A DNA stretch of 37,358 nt from a virus (lineage: Duplodnaviria > Caudoviricetes). The DNA is taken from positions 1 through 37,358 of the IMG/VR virus record IMGVR_UViG_3300020310_000004, one strand, 5' to 3'. A program made the translations under genes and the position numbers. The stretch's first letter is position 1; every line of letters begins with the position of its first letter. Of this stretch, positions 1-12,500 are shown in pieces. The notes beneath the pieces are model-generated. The model did no database searches and was not told the origin of the DNA. It saw only the letters and a program-made list of their open reading frames with translations.

Positions 1-14
1 GTGTTACTAACATT

Positions 15-773
15 ATGGCTAAAGGATTTACAGTAAAGGCAAAGTCACCTGCCAAGAAAAAGGCGACAACAGAATGGGATTACGATAAAGCATGGGAAAT
101 GTTGAGAGGTAAGTCTCTCGTCTTCTGTATGCCAGGTCGTGGTTGTTCATATGTGTTTCTAAAGAGCTTCGTTCAAATGGCATTTGACTTAGTTCAACAT
201 GGAGTAAGCATACAGATATCGCAAGATTATAGTAGTATGGTTAACTTTGCTCGTTGCAAGTGCTTAGGTGCTAATGTGTTGCGAGGACCTGATCAAGTAC
301 CTTGGGATGGTAAGTTAAAGTATGACTATCAGTTATGGATTGACTCAGATATAGTATTCAAGACAGAACAGTTACTTCAACTAGTATTAATGGAGAAGGA
401 TATAGCAGCAGGTTGGTATATGACAGAAGATGGTCAAACCACTTCAGTTGCTCACTGGTTAGATGAAGACAACTTCCGTAATAATGGAGGAGTCATGAAT
501 CACGAAACTGGTGAAACTATGTCTAAGAGAAAGAAACCATTCACAGTCGATTACACTGGTTTTGGTTGGGTTCTTATTAAGAATGGTGTATGGGAACATG
601 AAGAGATGAAATACCCTTGGTTTGCTCCTAAGATGCAAGTCTTTGAATCAGGTGATGTACAAGACATGTGCGGAGAAGATGTATCTTTCTGTTTAGATGC
701 ACTAGAAGCAGGTTTTGAGATATGGTGTGATCCTAGAATTAGGGTTGGTCATGAAAAAACTAGGGTAATATAA
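15..773 (+). CDS. GT-A fold glycosyltransferase-like protein (conserved in cyanomyoviruses)
   Basis: 252 aa. DxD motif in QLWIDSDIVF, GFGWVLIK segment and GEDVSFC...GFEIWCDPRIRVGHEK C-terminus typical of GT2-like phage enzymes. Lys-rich N-terminal tail. Confidence 0.75.
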   Translation: MAKGFTVKAKSPAKKKATTEWDYDKAWEMLRGKSLVFCMPGRGCSYVFLKSFVQMAFDLVQHGVSIQISQDYSSMVNFARCKCLGANVLRGPDQVPWDGKLKYDYQLWIDSDIVFKTEQLLQLVLMEKDIAAGWYMTEDGQTTSVAHWLDEDNFRNNGGVMNHETGETMSKRKKPFTVDYTGFGWVLIKNGVWEHEEMKYPWFAPKMQVFESGDVQDMCGEDVSFCLDALEAGFEIWCDPRIRVGHEKTRVI

Positions 774-889
774 TGATAGATAGAAAGATAAACAAAAAAA
801 CTAGACAGGGAAACGGTAAGAATACAAAATATTCTAGCACCGCCCGAAACGCTGCTCGTAAAAAGTATAGGGGACAGGGTAAAAACTAG
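773..889 (+). CDS. Small basic hypothetical protein, 38 aa (absent from ORF track)
   Basis: ATG overlaps the upstream stop (TAATG, 771-775). Translates MIDRKINKKTRQGNGKNTKYSSTARNAARKKYRGQGKN*. Fills the gap and is followed directly by a hairpin plus T-run. Resembles KKTRQG...YRGQG peptides I recall from T4-like cyanophages. Confidence 0.75.
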   Translation: MIDRKINKKTRQGNGKNTKYSSTARNAARKKYRGQGKN

Positions 890-915
890 CGAGCGAGCGT
901 TGCTCGATTTTCTTT
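890..915 (+). terminator. Putative intrinsic terminator
   Basis: CGAGCG (890-895), 5-nt loop, TGCTCG (901-906), then ATTTTCTTT, immediately after the TAG at 887-889. Confidence 0.55.
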
Positions 916-919
916 AAAC

Positions 920-1189
920 ATGATTACTGTAAAATTCACTATTAAACAAGATGGTTCTATAACCGACGAGATAGTCGGTGTAGAATCTCTTCCTATGAAA
1001 GAATCTCTAAAGAAAATAAAGGATTACATAGATGAGAAAATAAAAGTAGATGAGCATTTATATGACGAAATACTAAAAGATGCTGAGTGGGACGAGAAAA
1101 GAATGGATGTAATAGGTCAAAATGGCAATGATGGACTCCATTATGAGGATCAATACTACGAATTAGACCATAGTTCTGAGTGTAGTTGA
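920..1189 (+). CDS. Hypothetical acidic protein with DUF2997-like N-terminus and IGQNGNDGLHY motif
   Basis: 89-aa ORF in the same orientation as neighbours. VKFTIKQDGSITDEIVGV resembles the start of DUF2997 proteins. Confidence 0.6.
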   Translation: MITVKFTIKQDGSITDEIVGVESLPMKESLKKIKDYIDEKIKVDEHLYDEILKDAEWDEKRMDVIGQNGNDGLHYEDQYYELDHSSECS

Positions 1190-1208
1190 AAAAAATTAAA
1201 AAATAGGG

Positions 1209-1216
1209 TATAAATA
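1209..1216 (+). promoter_or_regulatory. T4-type late promoter (gp55 sigma) upstream of gp25
   Basis: Exact TATAAATA in the intergenic gap, 13 nt before the GTG start. Confidence 0.85.
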
Positions 1217-1229
1217 ACTCACGAACCCT

Positions 1230-1637
1230 GTGCCAATTTTGATGGCAACTAAAAAATCACATAGTTATAAAGATATTACCCTCGATTTTGTACCTAATCC
1301 TGTTACAGGAGACTTAGGTGTACTCAAAAACGAGAGGGCAATCATGCGTTCTGTAAGAAATCTTGTCCAGACTAGAATAAGAGAAAGGTTTTATAGTGAT
1401 GTTGGATCAGAAGTATCAGATCTTCTCTTTGGTTTTTGTGATATTGCTACTGGAGGAGTCATAGCAGATGAAGTTAGGACACTTTTAGCAACATACGAAC
1501 CAAGGATAGCGAATGTTGCAGTAGTAGCTACTCCTAGACCTGACTTAAATGAGTACGAGATGTCAATTAATTACGAAATCGTAGGTCAAGGTAGATCTGT
1601 ACAGGGATTTGAGTTCATTTTAGAGGCAACTAGGTAA
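1230..1637 (+). CDS. gp25: Baseplate wedge subunit gp25 (start may be ATG 1242)
   Basis: YKDITLDF..NPVTGDL, AIMRSVRNLVQT...ERF and YEPRI motifs of the gp25 family. About 130 aa, directly upstream of gp6. Confidence 0.92.
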   Translation: MPILMATKKSHSYKDITLDFVPNPVTGDLGVLKNERAIMRSVRNLVQTRIRERFYSDVGSEVSDLLFGFCDIATGGVIADEVRTLLATYEPRIANVAVVATPRPDLNEYEMSINYEIVGQGRSVQGFEFILEATR

Positions 1638-1641
1638 CAAA

Positions 1642-3561
1642 ATGCCAGTAAGTAAGTTTACAAATTTAGATTTTGATCAAATTAAGGATCAGATTCGTCA
1701 ATATCTAAGATCAAACAGTAATTTTACTGATTTTGACTTTGAAGGATCGAACATGTCGATCTTAATAGACATTCTAGCGTACAATACTTATATCTCTGCG
1801 TTCAATAGTAACATGGTAGTCAATGAATCCTTCTTGGATTCAGCAACTCTGAGAGAAAATGTTGTTTCTTTGGCAAGAAATATAGGATATGTACCAAGAT
1901 CTCGTAAATCTGCTCAAGCAATAATAAATTTTGACTTTAAATTCAATGGAAATAGTAATACAGTTAAATTAAACAAAGGATTAGTATGTGTAGGAGCATC
2001 AAATAACACTTCTTTTACTTTTTCTATACCAGAAGATATAATTGCAGCTTCTCCAATAGATGCAGGAAGTAATATTTTAACAAATCCACCAAGAACTGCT
2101 AAATTTGAGAACCTTACGGTATATCAAGGAACACTTTTAAAGAAAAACTTTGTCGTAAACGCTAGTTTGGATCAAAAATTTATATTAGAGAACTCATTTA
2201 TTGATACTGAGTCAATTAGAGTGTTTGTAAGAAAGGGTGGAGCATCATCTGGACTAGAATATTCAAGAATTGACAACATTACAAGTTTAGGTGCATCATC
2301 AAACATCTATTTGATACAAGAAATCAAAGATGAGAAGTATGAGTTGCTATTTGGTGATGGATTTTTCGGTACAAAACTAGAAGATGGAGATATTATAGAA
2401 ATAAGTTATATTATTACTGAAGGAAAAGCAGGTAATGATGGTAAATTCTTCTCATATAGTGCAGATGCGGTAGATGATGCGGGTAATCCACTCGCTGCTA
2501 GTGCAACACCTGTTATAAACACCACTCAGAATGCAAAAGGTGGTGGTGATATTGAAACTATAGAGTCTATTAAGTATATTGCACCCAGAGTGTACTCATC
2601 ACAGTACAGAGCAGTCACAACAAAGGATTACGAGGCAATAATACAAAGTGTATTTCCTGATGCAGAGTCTGTTTCAGTGGTTGGCGGTGAAGAATTAGAT
2701 CCACCTGAGTTTGGTACTGTTTTATTGAGTATAAAACCAAGAAATGCAACATTTTTATCTGATTTTACAAAAACAAGAATCTTAGATGAGTTAAAGAGTT
2801 ACTCCATAGCAGGAATTAACCAAAAAATAGTTGATCTTAAGATTCTATACATCGAACTTGACAGTGCAGTCTATTATAATACAAATGTATACGATGAAAC
2901 TGATACTTTAAAAGCACAAGTAACTCAATCGTTAACAAATTATGGAACTTCTACTAATTTAAACAGATTTGGGGGAAGATTTAAGTATTCTGACTCTGTA
3001 TCAGTTATTGATGAGACAAATAAAGCAATTACATCAAATATTACTAAAATTATAATGCGTAGAGACTTAAAACCTGTCTTTAATTCGTTTGCTCAGTATG
3101 AATTATGCTATGGTAATCAATTCCATGTAAATAAAGATGGTAAAAACATCAAAAGTACAGGATTTACAATTTCTGGTCGATCTGATACACTTTACTTTAC
3201 AGATATTCCAAATCCAGACTTAAAAACAGGTCAATTAGCAGTTATTCAATTAGCAGAGGTTGCAGCAGACTCATCTGCTGTTGTTCTTCCATCTGCAGGA
3301 ACAGTAGATTATGTAAAAGGTGAAATAATTATCAATACACTGAATATCACTAACACAACACTTGGAAATGGGTTGATTGAGATTCAAGCATTCCCAGAAT
3401 CTAATGATATCATAGGTTTGAAGGATTTGTACCTTCAATTGGACATGTCAAATACTAAGATAAATATGGTCAGAGATACAATATCTTCTGGACAGCAAAT
3501 ATCTGGAATTGGATATAGAACAACCTCTAGTTACTCAAATGGTACTTTAATTAGGTCATAA
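1642..3561 (+). CDS. gp6: Baseplate wedge subunit gp6
   Basis: LDFDQIK...FTDFDFEGSNMSILIDILAYNT, ESFLDSATLRENVVSLARNIGY, FGDG and QYRAVTTKDY motifs. 639 aa, close to T4 gp6 size. Confidence 0.95.
   Translation: MPVSKFTNLDFDQIKDQIRQYLRSNSNFTDFDFEGSNMSILIDILAYNTYISAFNSNMVVNESFLDSATLRENVVSLARNIGYVPRSRKSAQAIINFDFKFNGNSNTVKLNKGLVCVGASNNTSFTFSIPEDIIAASPIDAGSNILTNPPRTAKFENLTVYQGTLLKKNFVVNASLDQKFILENSFIDTESIRVFVRKGGASSGLEYSRIDNITSLGASSNIYLIQEIKDEKYELLFGDGFFGTKLEDGDIIEISYIITEGKAGNDGKFFSYSADAVDDAGNPLAASATPVINTTQNAKGGGDIETIESIKYIAPRVYSSQYRAVTTKDYEAIIQSVFPDAESVSVVGGEELDPPEFGTVLLSIKPRNATFLSDFTKTRILDELKSYSIAGINQKIVDLKILYIELDSAVYYNTNVYDETDTLKAQVTQSLTNYGTSTNLNRFGGRFKYSDSVSVIDETNKAITSNITKIIMRRDLKPVFNSFAQYELCYGNQFHVNKDGKNIKSTGFTISGRSDTLYFTDIPNPDLKTGQLAVIQLAEVAADSSAVVLPSAGTVDYVKGEIIINTLNITNTTLGNGLIEIQAFPESNDIIGLKDLYLQLDMSNTKINMVRDTISSGQQISGIGYRTTSSYSNGTLIRS
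3459..3466 (+). promoter_or_regulatory. Possible gene-internal late promoter for gp7
   Basis: GATAAATA within the gp6 3' end, about 100 nt before the gp7 ATG. Confidence 0.45.
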
Positions 3562-3566
3562 AACGA

Positions 3567-6500
3567 ATGATAGAAACCTACAGTCCATTATCTTCTAGGG
3601 TTAAGACCTATCAAGTTGTTGGAGATCAAACTCCAGAGTTTGCAAAGGCAGAGAATCCACTATTAGAAGAATTTTTAAAGCAATATTACATATCACAAGA
3701 ACATCAAGGTGGTTCTCTTGATATTGGGGAGAATATTGACAAATATATTAAGATTGATAATTTAACTAAAGAAGTTGTTGCAGGAATAGCAAGTATTTCA
3801 TCTGGTATTGATTCTACAACTGATACTATAACAGTTTCTCCTAATACCAAAGGATTTCCACAAGAGTATGGTCTTTTAAAGATTGATAATGAGATTATAA
3901 CATATACAGGTGTAACTACTAATACATTTACAGGATGTACAAGAGGGTTTAGTGGTATCACAACATACCGTACTACCAATGACCCATACAATCTAACATA
4001 TACAGATACTACACCTGCTAAACACGATTCTGGAGCAAGTATACAGAATTTAAGTGCATTATTCTTACAAGAGTTCTATACTAAGTTGAAAGCACAATAC
4101 ACACCTGGTCTAGAGGGTGTCACACTAAGTCCTGAGCTTAATGTTAACAACTTTATAAAAGAAGCAAGAAATTTATATGAATCTAAAGGTACTGATGAGT
4201 CATTTAAGATTTTATTCAAGGCATTATTTGGTTTAGAACCAAAAATCAACGATCTTGAGAAATATCTAATAAAACCATCATTTGCCAACTACTTAAGAAG
4301 AGAATCTTTTGCTGTTAGGGTAATAGAAGGTGATCCACTTAAATTAATAGGTCAAACACTATACCAAGATAATGAAATAGGTAATGACCTAGTAAATGCT
4401 GCGTCAGGACCTATTTCTGATGTTGTACAGATAAGAGATGACTATTATCGCATATCTGTGTTTATTGGTTTTGATGATAGAGACTTAATCGAAGGTAATT
4501 TTGTAATACCTGGCAAAACACAGTCAATAGGCACAATTGGAATCGGTGCAACAGTAATTACAGTTGATTCTACCATAGGATTTGGGCAAACAGGTACTTT
4601 CCAAGTTGGAGTGACTGATGACTCCTTTTATCAGACATTAGACTATTCAGAAAAGACTATAAACCAGTTTATCGGTGTTACAACTGCACTAAAAGAGATT
4701 CCATCAGCAACTGAATTATATGCACCTACTTTAGTCTATGGATTTGAAGATAACGACTTAAGTAAGAGAGTCAACATGAGATTGACTGGTGTAATTAGTA
4801 ATTTTGAGTCTTTACAGAATTTATATGGACTAACTGAACAATCTAGGATACAAGTTAAGAATTTAGGTAGATATGTTAAGAATCCACCAACAGATAAAAC
4901 ATATTCGCAAGTATTTTTCAATTCTTGGGTTTATAACACTAGTGCAAGGTATGAAATAGAACAATTCTTTGGAACTACTTTTAGATTGAAGGGTAGGATT
5001 GATAAAGCAAGTATAAAGAAGAACGATACAGTAGAAATAGTCATCAGAAACACTCAGACGGTCGTTGCAACGGGTTTAAATGTAAACTTCGTAAATACTG
5101 CACTAAATGAGGTAACTCTCTCAGGAACCATTACAGCTGCCTCTGGTATTAGCTATGATATAAGAAGAATACAAGAAAAAGCAACAAGTACAGGAGTTCC
5201 CATCGTTGGTGGTCAAGATCAGATACTTGCAGATGTAACTAACGCATATATTCTTGATGCTAAGTATTCTCCTACTAATTTAAAGGAAGGTTATGTTGCA
5301 TCTAACTCTATTCCTTCATATGACATTACAACTGAAAAAATAACCGCAACATTAACAGATCCAAAGATAGGAAACAATGATTTTGAAGGTTATGATGTAT
5401 TAACCAATAGATACACAATTTTCTCATTTCCAAGCAGTGTACCTTTCAAAACTGGAGAAGAAATCTCATATGTCCCAAGAGGAGACACTACAGCAATCGG
5501 TGGACTAACTCAAGCATCATATTTTGTTGAAGTATTGTCACAAAACAATAAAATCAAATTATATCAGTCAAGATCGTTCATTCCTTCTGGAATAGCAGTT
5601 GGATTTGTTCCTACTGAGCTTCCTACAGGAATTCATGACTTTATTCGTGCAGAACAAGCAAGAGAGTCTATTTTCCCTTCTGGAACACTTAAAAGGTTTA
5701 TTTTAGATCAAAACCTTACTGATGGTACAAAACCAAAGACAACATCTGAATCAACACAAACTGGAACAACAGGAATGTTGATTAATGGTGTTGAAATTAC
5801 AAATTACAAATCTGACAAGTATATTTACTTCGGACCTGTAAGATCTTTTGATATAGTTAACGCAGGTAGAGGATATGATGTTTCATTCCCACCTTCAGTT
5901 GGTTTTGAGACTAGCACAAGTGGTATTAACACTGCTTATGGTAGAGTATCTGTTGCAGGTACTGTTACTGGTATTTTAGTAGATCCTGTTGAATATGAGA
6001 TTAAAAATGTAGTATCTGTCGATGTTCATGGTGGAAATGGATCTGGAGCAAGAGCAGAGGCAATAACAGAACTGGCATATAGATCACTTACATTTAATGC
6101 TAAAAAATTTGCAATAGGTGGTAATATTGATGTTGGGTCTGACCGATTTATTTTAAATAAAGAGCATTTCTATAAAACAGGTGATAGAGTAATATACAAT
6201 GCCAATAACAATAATCCAATAGCACTTTCTACTAGTACTGCTGTTGGTCTGGATACTGGTTTGGTAGAAGGTCAATCTTACTATGTTGGTGTTGCAGCAA
6301 CTAATATATTCCAAATTTATACAAATAAGTCTGATGCAGTCGCAGGTGTTAATACAGTAAGTTTTGGTTCTACCGCAGGTGATTCAAATGTCGGTATTCA
6401 TCAGTTTAATGATTATGAGACTAAACGAAGAATATCTAGAATTGCTGTAATTGATAGTGGATCAGGTTATACAAATAGAAAAATATCAGTAAATCCAACA

Positions 6501-9500
6501 GGAACTATTGGTGGAATCAGCACTGTTAGAGATTTTATTGAGTTTCCTAATCATGGATTCAAAGATGGTGAGGTTATTCATTACAGTTCAGATGATACTG
6601 CAATAACTGGTTTATCTACAACTGCACAATACCAAGTATTAACAATAGATGATAATAGTTTTAGATTATGTAATTCTGGTCTAGCAACTACAAGATTACC
6701 TGATCAAACAAATTATCTTAATAAGTTATACACTAGATTTGATTCTACTGGTTCTGGATATCAAAACTTCTTTTATCCTGCGGTAACTGTTGATATTAAT
6801 GTTGTTACAAGTGATGATGCTAATAGAACCATAGAAGCATTCCCTATTGTCCGTGGTTCTGTTGTTGATACCATTCTTTATGATGAAGGTCGTGATTATG
6901 GATCTAATATAATCAATTTTGAAAAAACACCGATAGTAACTACAAATTATGGTGAGTTGGGTCAGATTGGACTAACTATTGTTAATGGTAGAATATCAGA
7001 TGCTTTTGTTCAAGCAGCAGGTCAGAACTATGACGGTCCTCCTGATTTAGAAGTCATTGGAGTGGGAACTGCAAATGGTGCTAGACTTCGTGCTGTAATG
7101 AACGGTGGATCTATTGATAAAGTCAAAGTTCTAGCAGCAGGTGTTGGGTACGCATTATCAACAACAACAGTAACAGTTCTTGCACCAGGTAACGCTGCTA
7201 CATTTGCAAGTAATATTAGAAGACTAACAGGTAATAAATTTAATACTAGTCAAACAACAAATGGTGATTATCTAGGTGCAGTTGACGGTGGATTAGCGAT
7301 AGAGAGTGTTGGATATGGTGAAACAGTTAGAACAGTATTTAATGATGATGGTACAGGTCACTCTCCTATCATAGGTTGGGCATATGATGGAAACCCAATA
7401 TACGGTCCTTTTGGATTTTCAGATAGAGACAACAATCAATCTGGATCTAGAAGAATGCTTTCTTCTTACAAGTTAGATCAGTCTAGAGTTAAGAATAGAC
7501 CAAACACCTCAGAATTTGTTGCAGGATATTTTACAGAAGATTATTACTATGATTCTAGTGGTGATTTAGATGAACATAATGGTAGATTTTGTAAGACTCC
7601 TGAGTATACTCAAGGAATATATGCATACTTTGCAACTGTAGATAATTTAATTGCACCTCAGTTCCCATATTACATTGGGCATACTTATAGAGGATTCCCA
7701 ATAGAAGAGAATATACAAGTTGGTAGTAAGATAAAACAAAGTAATTTTAACTTTGAGAATTCAGAATTAGTTAGAAATACAAATCCATACAATATGTTTG
7801 GTAGTGGTGTATCTTACGATTATGTGGTTCAACCATACAAATCAATCAATAATGTTGCTTTCCCTGAGAGAATACTATCTGGATCAATAGACAATATTAA
7901 AATTGTCCAATCAGGCATAGGATATACTGTTGGTACACCATTAAATTTTGATAATTCGGATACTGGTGGAAGTAATGCATATGCAATTGTAAATAAAATT
8001 AATGGACAAGAAGTAAGTAAAATTAGTACTATTTTTAATAAATTTGAAGATATAATTTTCTCATGGGGTGGATCAGATAGAGTTATTGGTCATAGAAAAC
8101 CATTCCATCAATTAAAGTCAAGTGACTATGTGCAGGTTTCTGGATTGTCCACTAGTATTATTGGATTAACTGGATCGCATCAAATTAGTTTAGTTGACTA
8201 TTCAACAACTTTACTCGATACTGGATTTGTTGGTGTTGTAACTGATATTAGAGTACAATCTATTTCTCCTACAGTTTCTGTAGGTGCTACCATTGGATTC
8301 TCTACACAAATATTTTCTGCAGGTATAGGAACAACTGTTGGTGTTGGATCAGAGACTGCACAAATTTTAAATATATTCCCTGATGATAATGTATTAAGAA
8401 TTCGTAGATCAGGTGCAGCTGCAACTACAGGTATTCTTGGTATTGGAGTTTCTTTCTTCACAGATGAAATTATAATTCCTTTGGCAGTTGAGTACTTTGA
8501 GTCTCAACCAAATAGAAAGATATACTTCAACCCAACAGAATCTGTTGGATTTGGTACTACAGTAAGTCAAACCATAACTAGATCTTATCAGTATATGGGT
8601 GTTACCAAAGATAGATCTTTATTAACAAAAACAATACACTTAGAAAATCATGGTTTACAAACTAATGACGAACTGACTTTTTCTATCCCTACAAGCGGAT
8701 CTAATATTTCCTGTGCTACTTCATCAATATATGCAGGTACATTTAATCTTCCATCAACAGTTTATGCAGTCAAAAAGACTGAAGATACAATTGGAATAAA
8801 AACAACTAAAACTTCTGCTGATTTAACCTTTATTAGTGGTGGATCTGATGTATATGATTATTTGTTTGAGAAAGTAGAACCAGTCAAAGTTACTGGTACG
8901 ATTGAAAAAATTGCAACCACTGTTGAAACTACTGTTGACCATAGTTTAGAAGATGGTGATATAATTGACTTAATTGTAAAACCAGGTCTTTCAACTGGTA
9001 TTGGTACAACAACATATACTAAATTAAAAGTCATTGATGATTATTTAATTACCAATCCTCTTGAGATTGCTGCATCTGGAATAAGGACAGATACAAACAG
9101 AATTAGAGCAAATGATCATAGATTAGTCACAGGTGAGAGGATACTATACTATGGTGCGAATTTACCTGATGGGATTGAACAAAAAGAATATTATGTTGTT
9201 AGAGTAGATGATAATACAATATCTCTTACAAATACTTTTGCAGAAACTGCAGGTGTACCTGTTCTTGTTAACATAACAAGTCAAGGTGGATCTGGTCAAA
9301 CAATAAACCCAATAAATCCACAATTAAGACCTTTCAAGAATAATGATTTGGTCTTTGACATGAGTGATCCAAGTCTAACAGGTTATCAGTTAAAATTCTA
9401 CTATGATACAAATTATTTCAATGAATTTGTTGGATCTGCCTCCAGTGAGACTTTTGAGGTTATTGGTGTAAGTACATTTGCAACTGTTGGTATTGGATCA

Positions 9501-12500
9501 ACCATACCTACCTTTGATAATGTATTCCATCCAACTACAATTCTTAAATACTCAGATACTTCACCAGAATTGATATTCTACAATGTATTTGGTACAAGTG
9601 GTGTAGCAACTACTAAAAACACTGGTGTAGTTAATCAAGGTCAGGTAAAATATGTTGATAGTGGATATGCAGGAAAATTTAATATTGTAGGTGTGTCAAA
9701 CACTGAATTTAAGGTTAATCTAAGATTTCCTCCAGAGTCGTTACAGTATACTAGTGCTAATTGTGATAACTTATCATATACAACACAATCACCAACTGCT
9801 AATGGTGGTATATCATCAATAACTATTCTTAACCGTGGAATAAATTATGAAAAAGTACCTGGCATTAGTAGTGTTGCAGGATCTGGTTCTAATGCTATAT
9901 TGATAGTAGAATCAGTAGATATTAATAGATTATCCGAAGTAACTGTTCCTGATGATGTTTTTGGTTATCCATCTGATAATACATTAAAACCAGATGCTTT
10001 TATACCTAGAGTTCTTACTATTGCTGATTACTCAACTATAGTAGATGTCAGAGTATCTTTTGGTGGTAGAGCATATATTACTGCACCTCAACTTGTTATA
10101 TTTGATAAAGGAACAGGAGAGGTTGTGGATAGTGGACTTATCACTTGCGATTTAAGTGACTCTGCTGTTACTAGTGCAACTATTAGTGTGCCACCTTCGG
10201 GATTGTCTGAAAATGAATTTGGAGTAATACCTACAAGAAATAGTAATGGTATTGCGGTATTAGAGGCATTTGCTGACGCAGGTATATTGACATGTAAGAT
10301 ATCTACTCCAATTCTAGGATATAAGAAGGAACCTATTGCAATTGGAGACTCTATATTCTTAGAAGGTATTACATCTTATGATGGTACTGGATATAACTCT
10401 GCAGATTATAAATTTACTCCATTCAGAGTTAGTGACTATAACAACGCAACAAATCCAAGACAGGTTACTTTTGACTACACTGGTTTTACTACAAATCCAG
10501 GTATAGGTGTAACTGCAATATATGGTTTTGGTAATATAACAAAATTTGGCAATCTTGCAACATTTGAGGTTACTAAAGGATTCTCAACATTTGTAGAGAA
10601 TGAGAAATTCAAGAGAAATACTAATCCTTTTGCTGATGTTAGATTAGACTTTGTAAATGTCAATACTGCCAATATCATTGTTAGTGGTGCTGAGGATTTA
10701 GAAGTTGGAGACATTTTAATCGGTAAATTGAGTGGATCATCTGCTAGAATTACTGGAGTAGAAGAATTTGATGGTAATTTTAATATACAGGCATCTGTTA
10801 AGACAACAGTTGGTTGGAGAGATAATGTTGGATTAATTAATGATACAAACCAAGTCTTACCAGATAATGACTATTATCAGAATTTGTCTTATGCTATAGA
10901 GAGTCCTAAAACATATGAAGACTTAATTACCTATGTTAATGATATTGTTCACCCAACAGGTCTTAAAAACTTTGCTAATACTGAAATTATAACAGATGCA
11001 GCGTTACCAGGTTATAAGAGTGTGGGTGAAACCTTTACTCCTGCGGAAGATAAAGGTGGATTAGTATTAGACTTTATCAATGAACCACTTAGAGTTGATG
11101 CGATATATCCTGCCGATCTAGCAAGAGACTTCCAAGCACAGGGTAATATATCTAAATTTGTAGAACTTAGAAGCACTAGACTCGCTGATTTCATACTAAA
11201 CAAAACTAATAGAGTTTTAAAGCATGATGATATTAGTCCTCAATTTGTGTCTAATGATTCTAACGATTTAAGTCCTTACAGAATTGTTGCTACTTATCCT
11301 GCTCCTAGAAAATTCCAAAGGTTCTTTACACAAACTGTTCATCAAGCAGAAGATCCTGCAAAGAATCAATATCAATTAAATGAGTTTATTTCAGTAACCG
11401 TAGGTCAAGATACATTCCTATTACAAAAATATGAAGATAAAAACTATGATCAATTAGGTTTTACAACCAGTTATGTTCAGTTTGATACTAGCTATTCCTC
11501 TAATGCAACAGATTTAATAATTAGACCTAACGAACCATTCGATACTGATTATGAAGTTAAGACTTTCCAATCAAACTTCTCCGATACTGTTGGAGTGGGA
11601 ACCACTGCGTTTGGTCATATTAGATTAGAATCATCAGTTAGTACGGTAGGTGGAGCAAATACATTAGGAGTTGCTTTGACAACTAATGTTATTGGTGTTT
11701 CTACAATAACAACTGAAGCTGCAGTCATACAATTTGTAGTAAGTGACTTAACAACTAGTCAAGTTGACTTCTTTGAGTATGCTGCAATGCATAATGGTTC
11801 CGACACATATCTAACAGAATTAGCAGCATTTAACTCTAAACAAAATTTAAGTGGTTTATCATCACCTGATTTTATCGGTACATTTAGTTCTTACATAGAT
11901 GGCGGTCTATTAAAACTTGATTTCTTAAATGGAAGTCAGAATACAGTTGAGATAAAGTCTAAAATGATTGCTGTAGATCCTTCAGTGGTAGGACCTACAA
12001 CAGATTACAGATTTAAGAATACCACATTTGACCCAGATGGAACTGAAAGAACTGCAAGATTAGAAGTTACAAGTCAAGCAAAGGCAGGTATTGCTACTGT
12101 TTGTGGTATTGCTAGTATTAGAGATTTGTCTGTTAAATCCACAATTCATGTTGCAATTGGAGATACCCAGTCAATCCATTCAATTTACTTATTAACTGAT
12201 CCATATAATCAACAAAACTTTATAACTGAGTATCCATTAGCATCTATTGGTGCTACAATGGGAATTGGTACATTTGGATCTACATACAGACCTGATGGGC
12301 ATATTAATCTTGAGTTCCATCCATCAGTTTCTGGTATAGTTAGTGTTAGTGCATATAATGAAATCTTATACAAAGACGAAGATCCTAATGGATTATTAGA
12401 AGGTATTGGTGAAATTAGTTATGGATCTGTTTTTGAGAATGTTGCACAAACCAAATACTTGGGAATAAACAATAGAGATAGTAGAACATTTGCGATAAGG

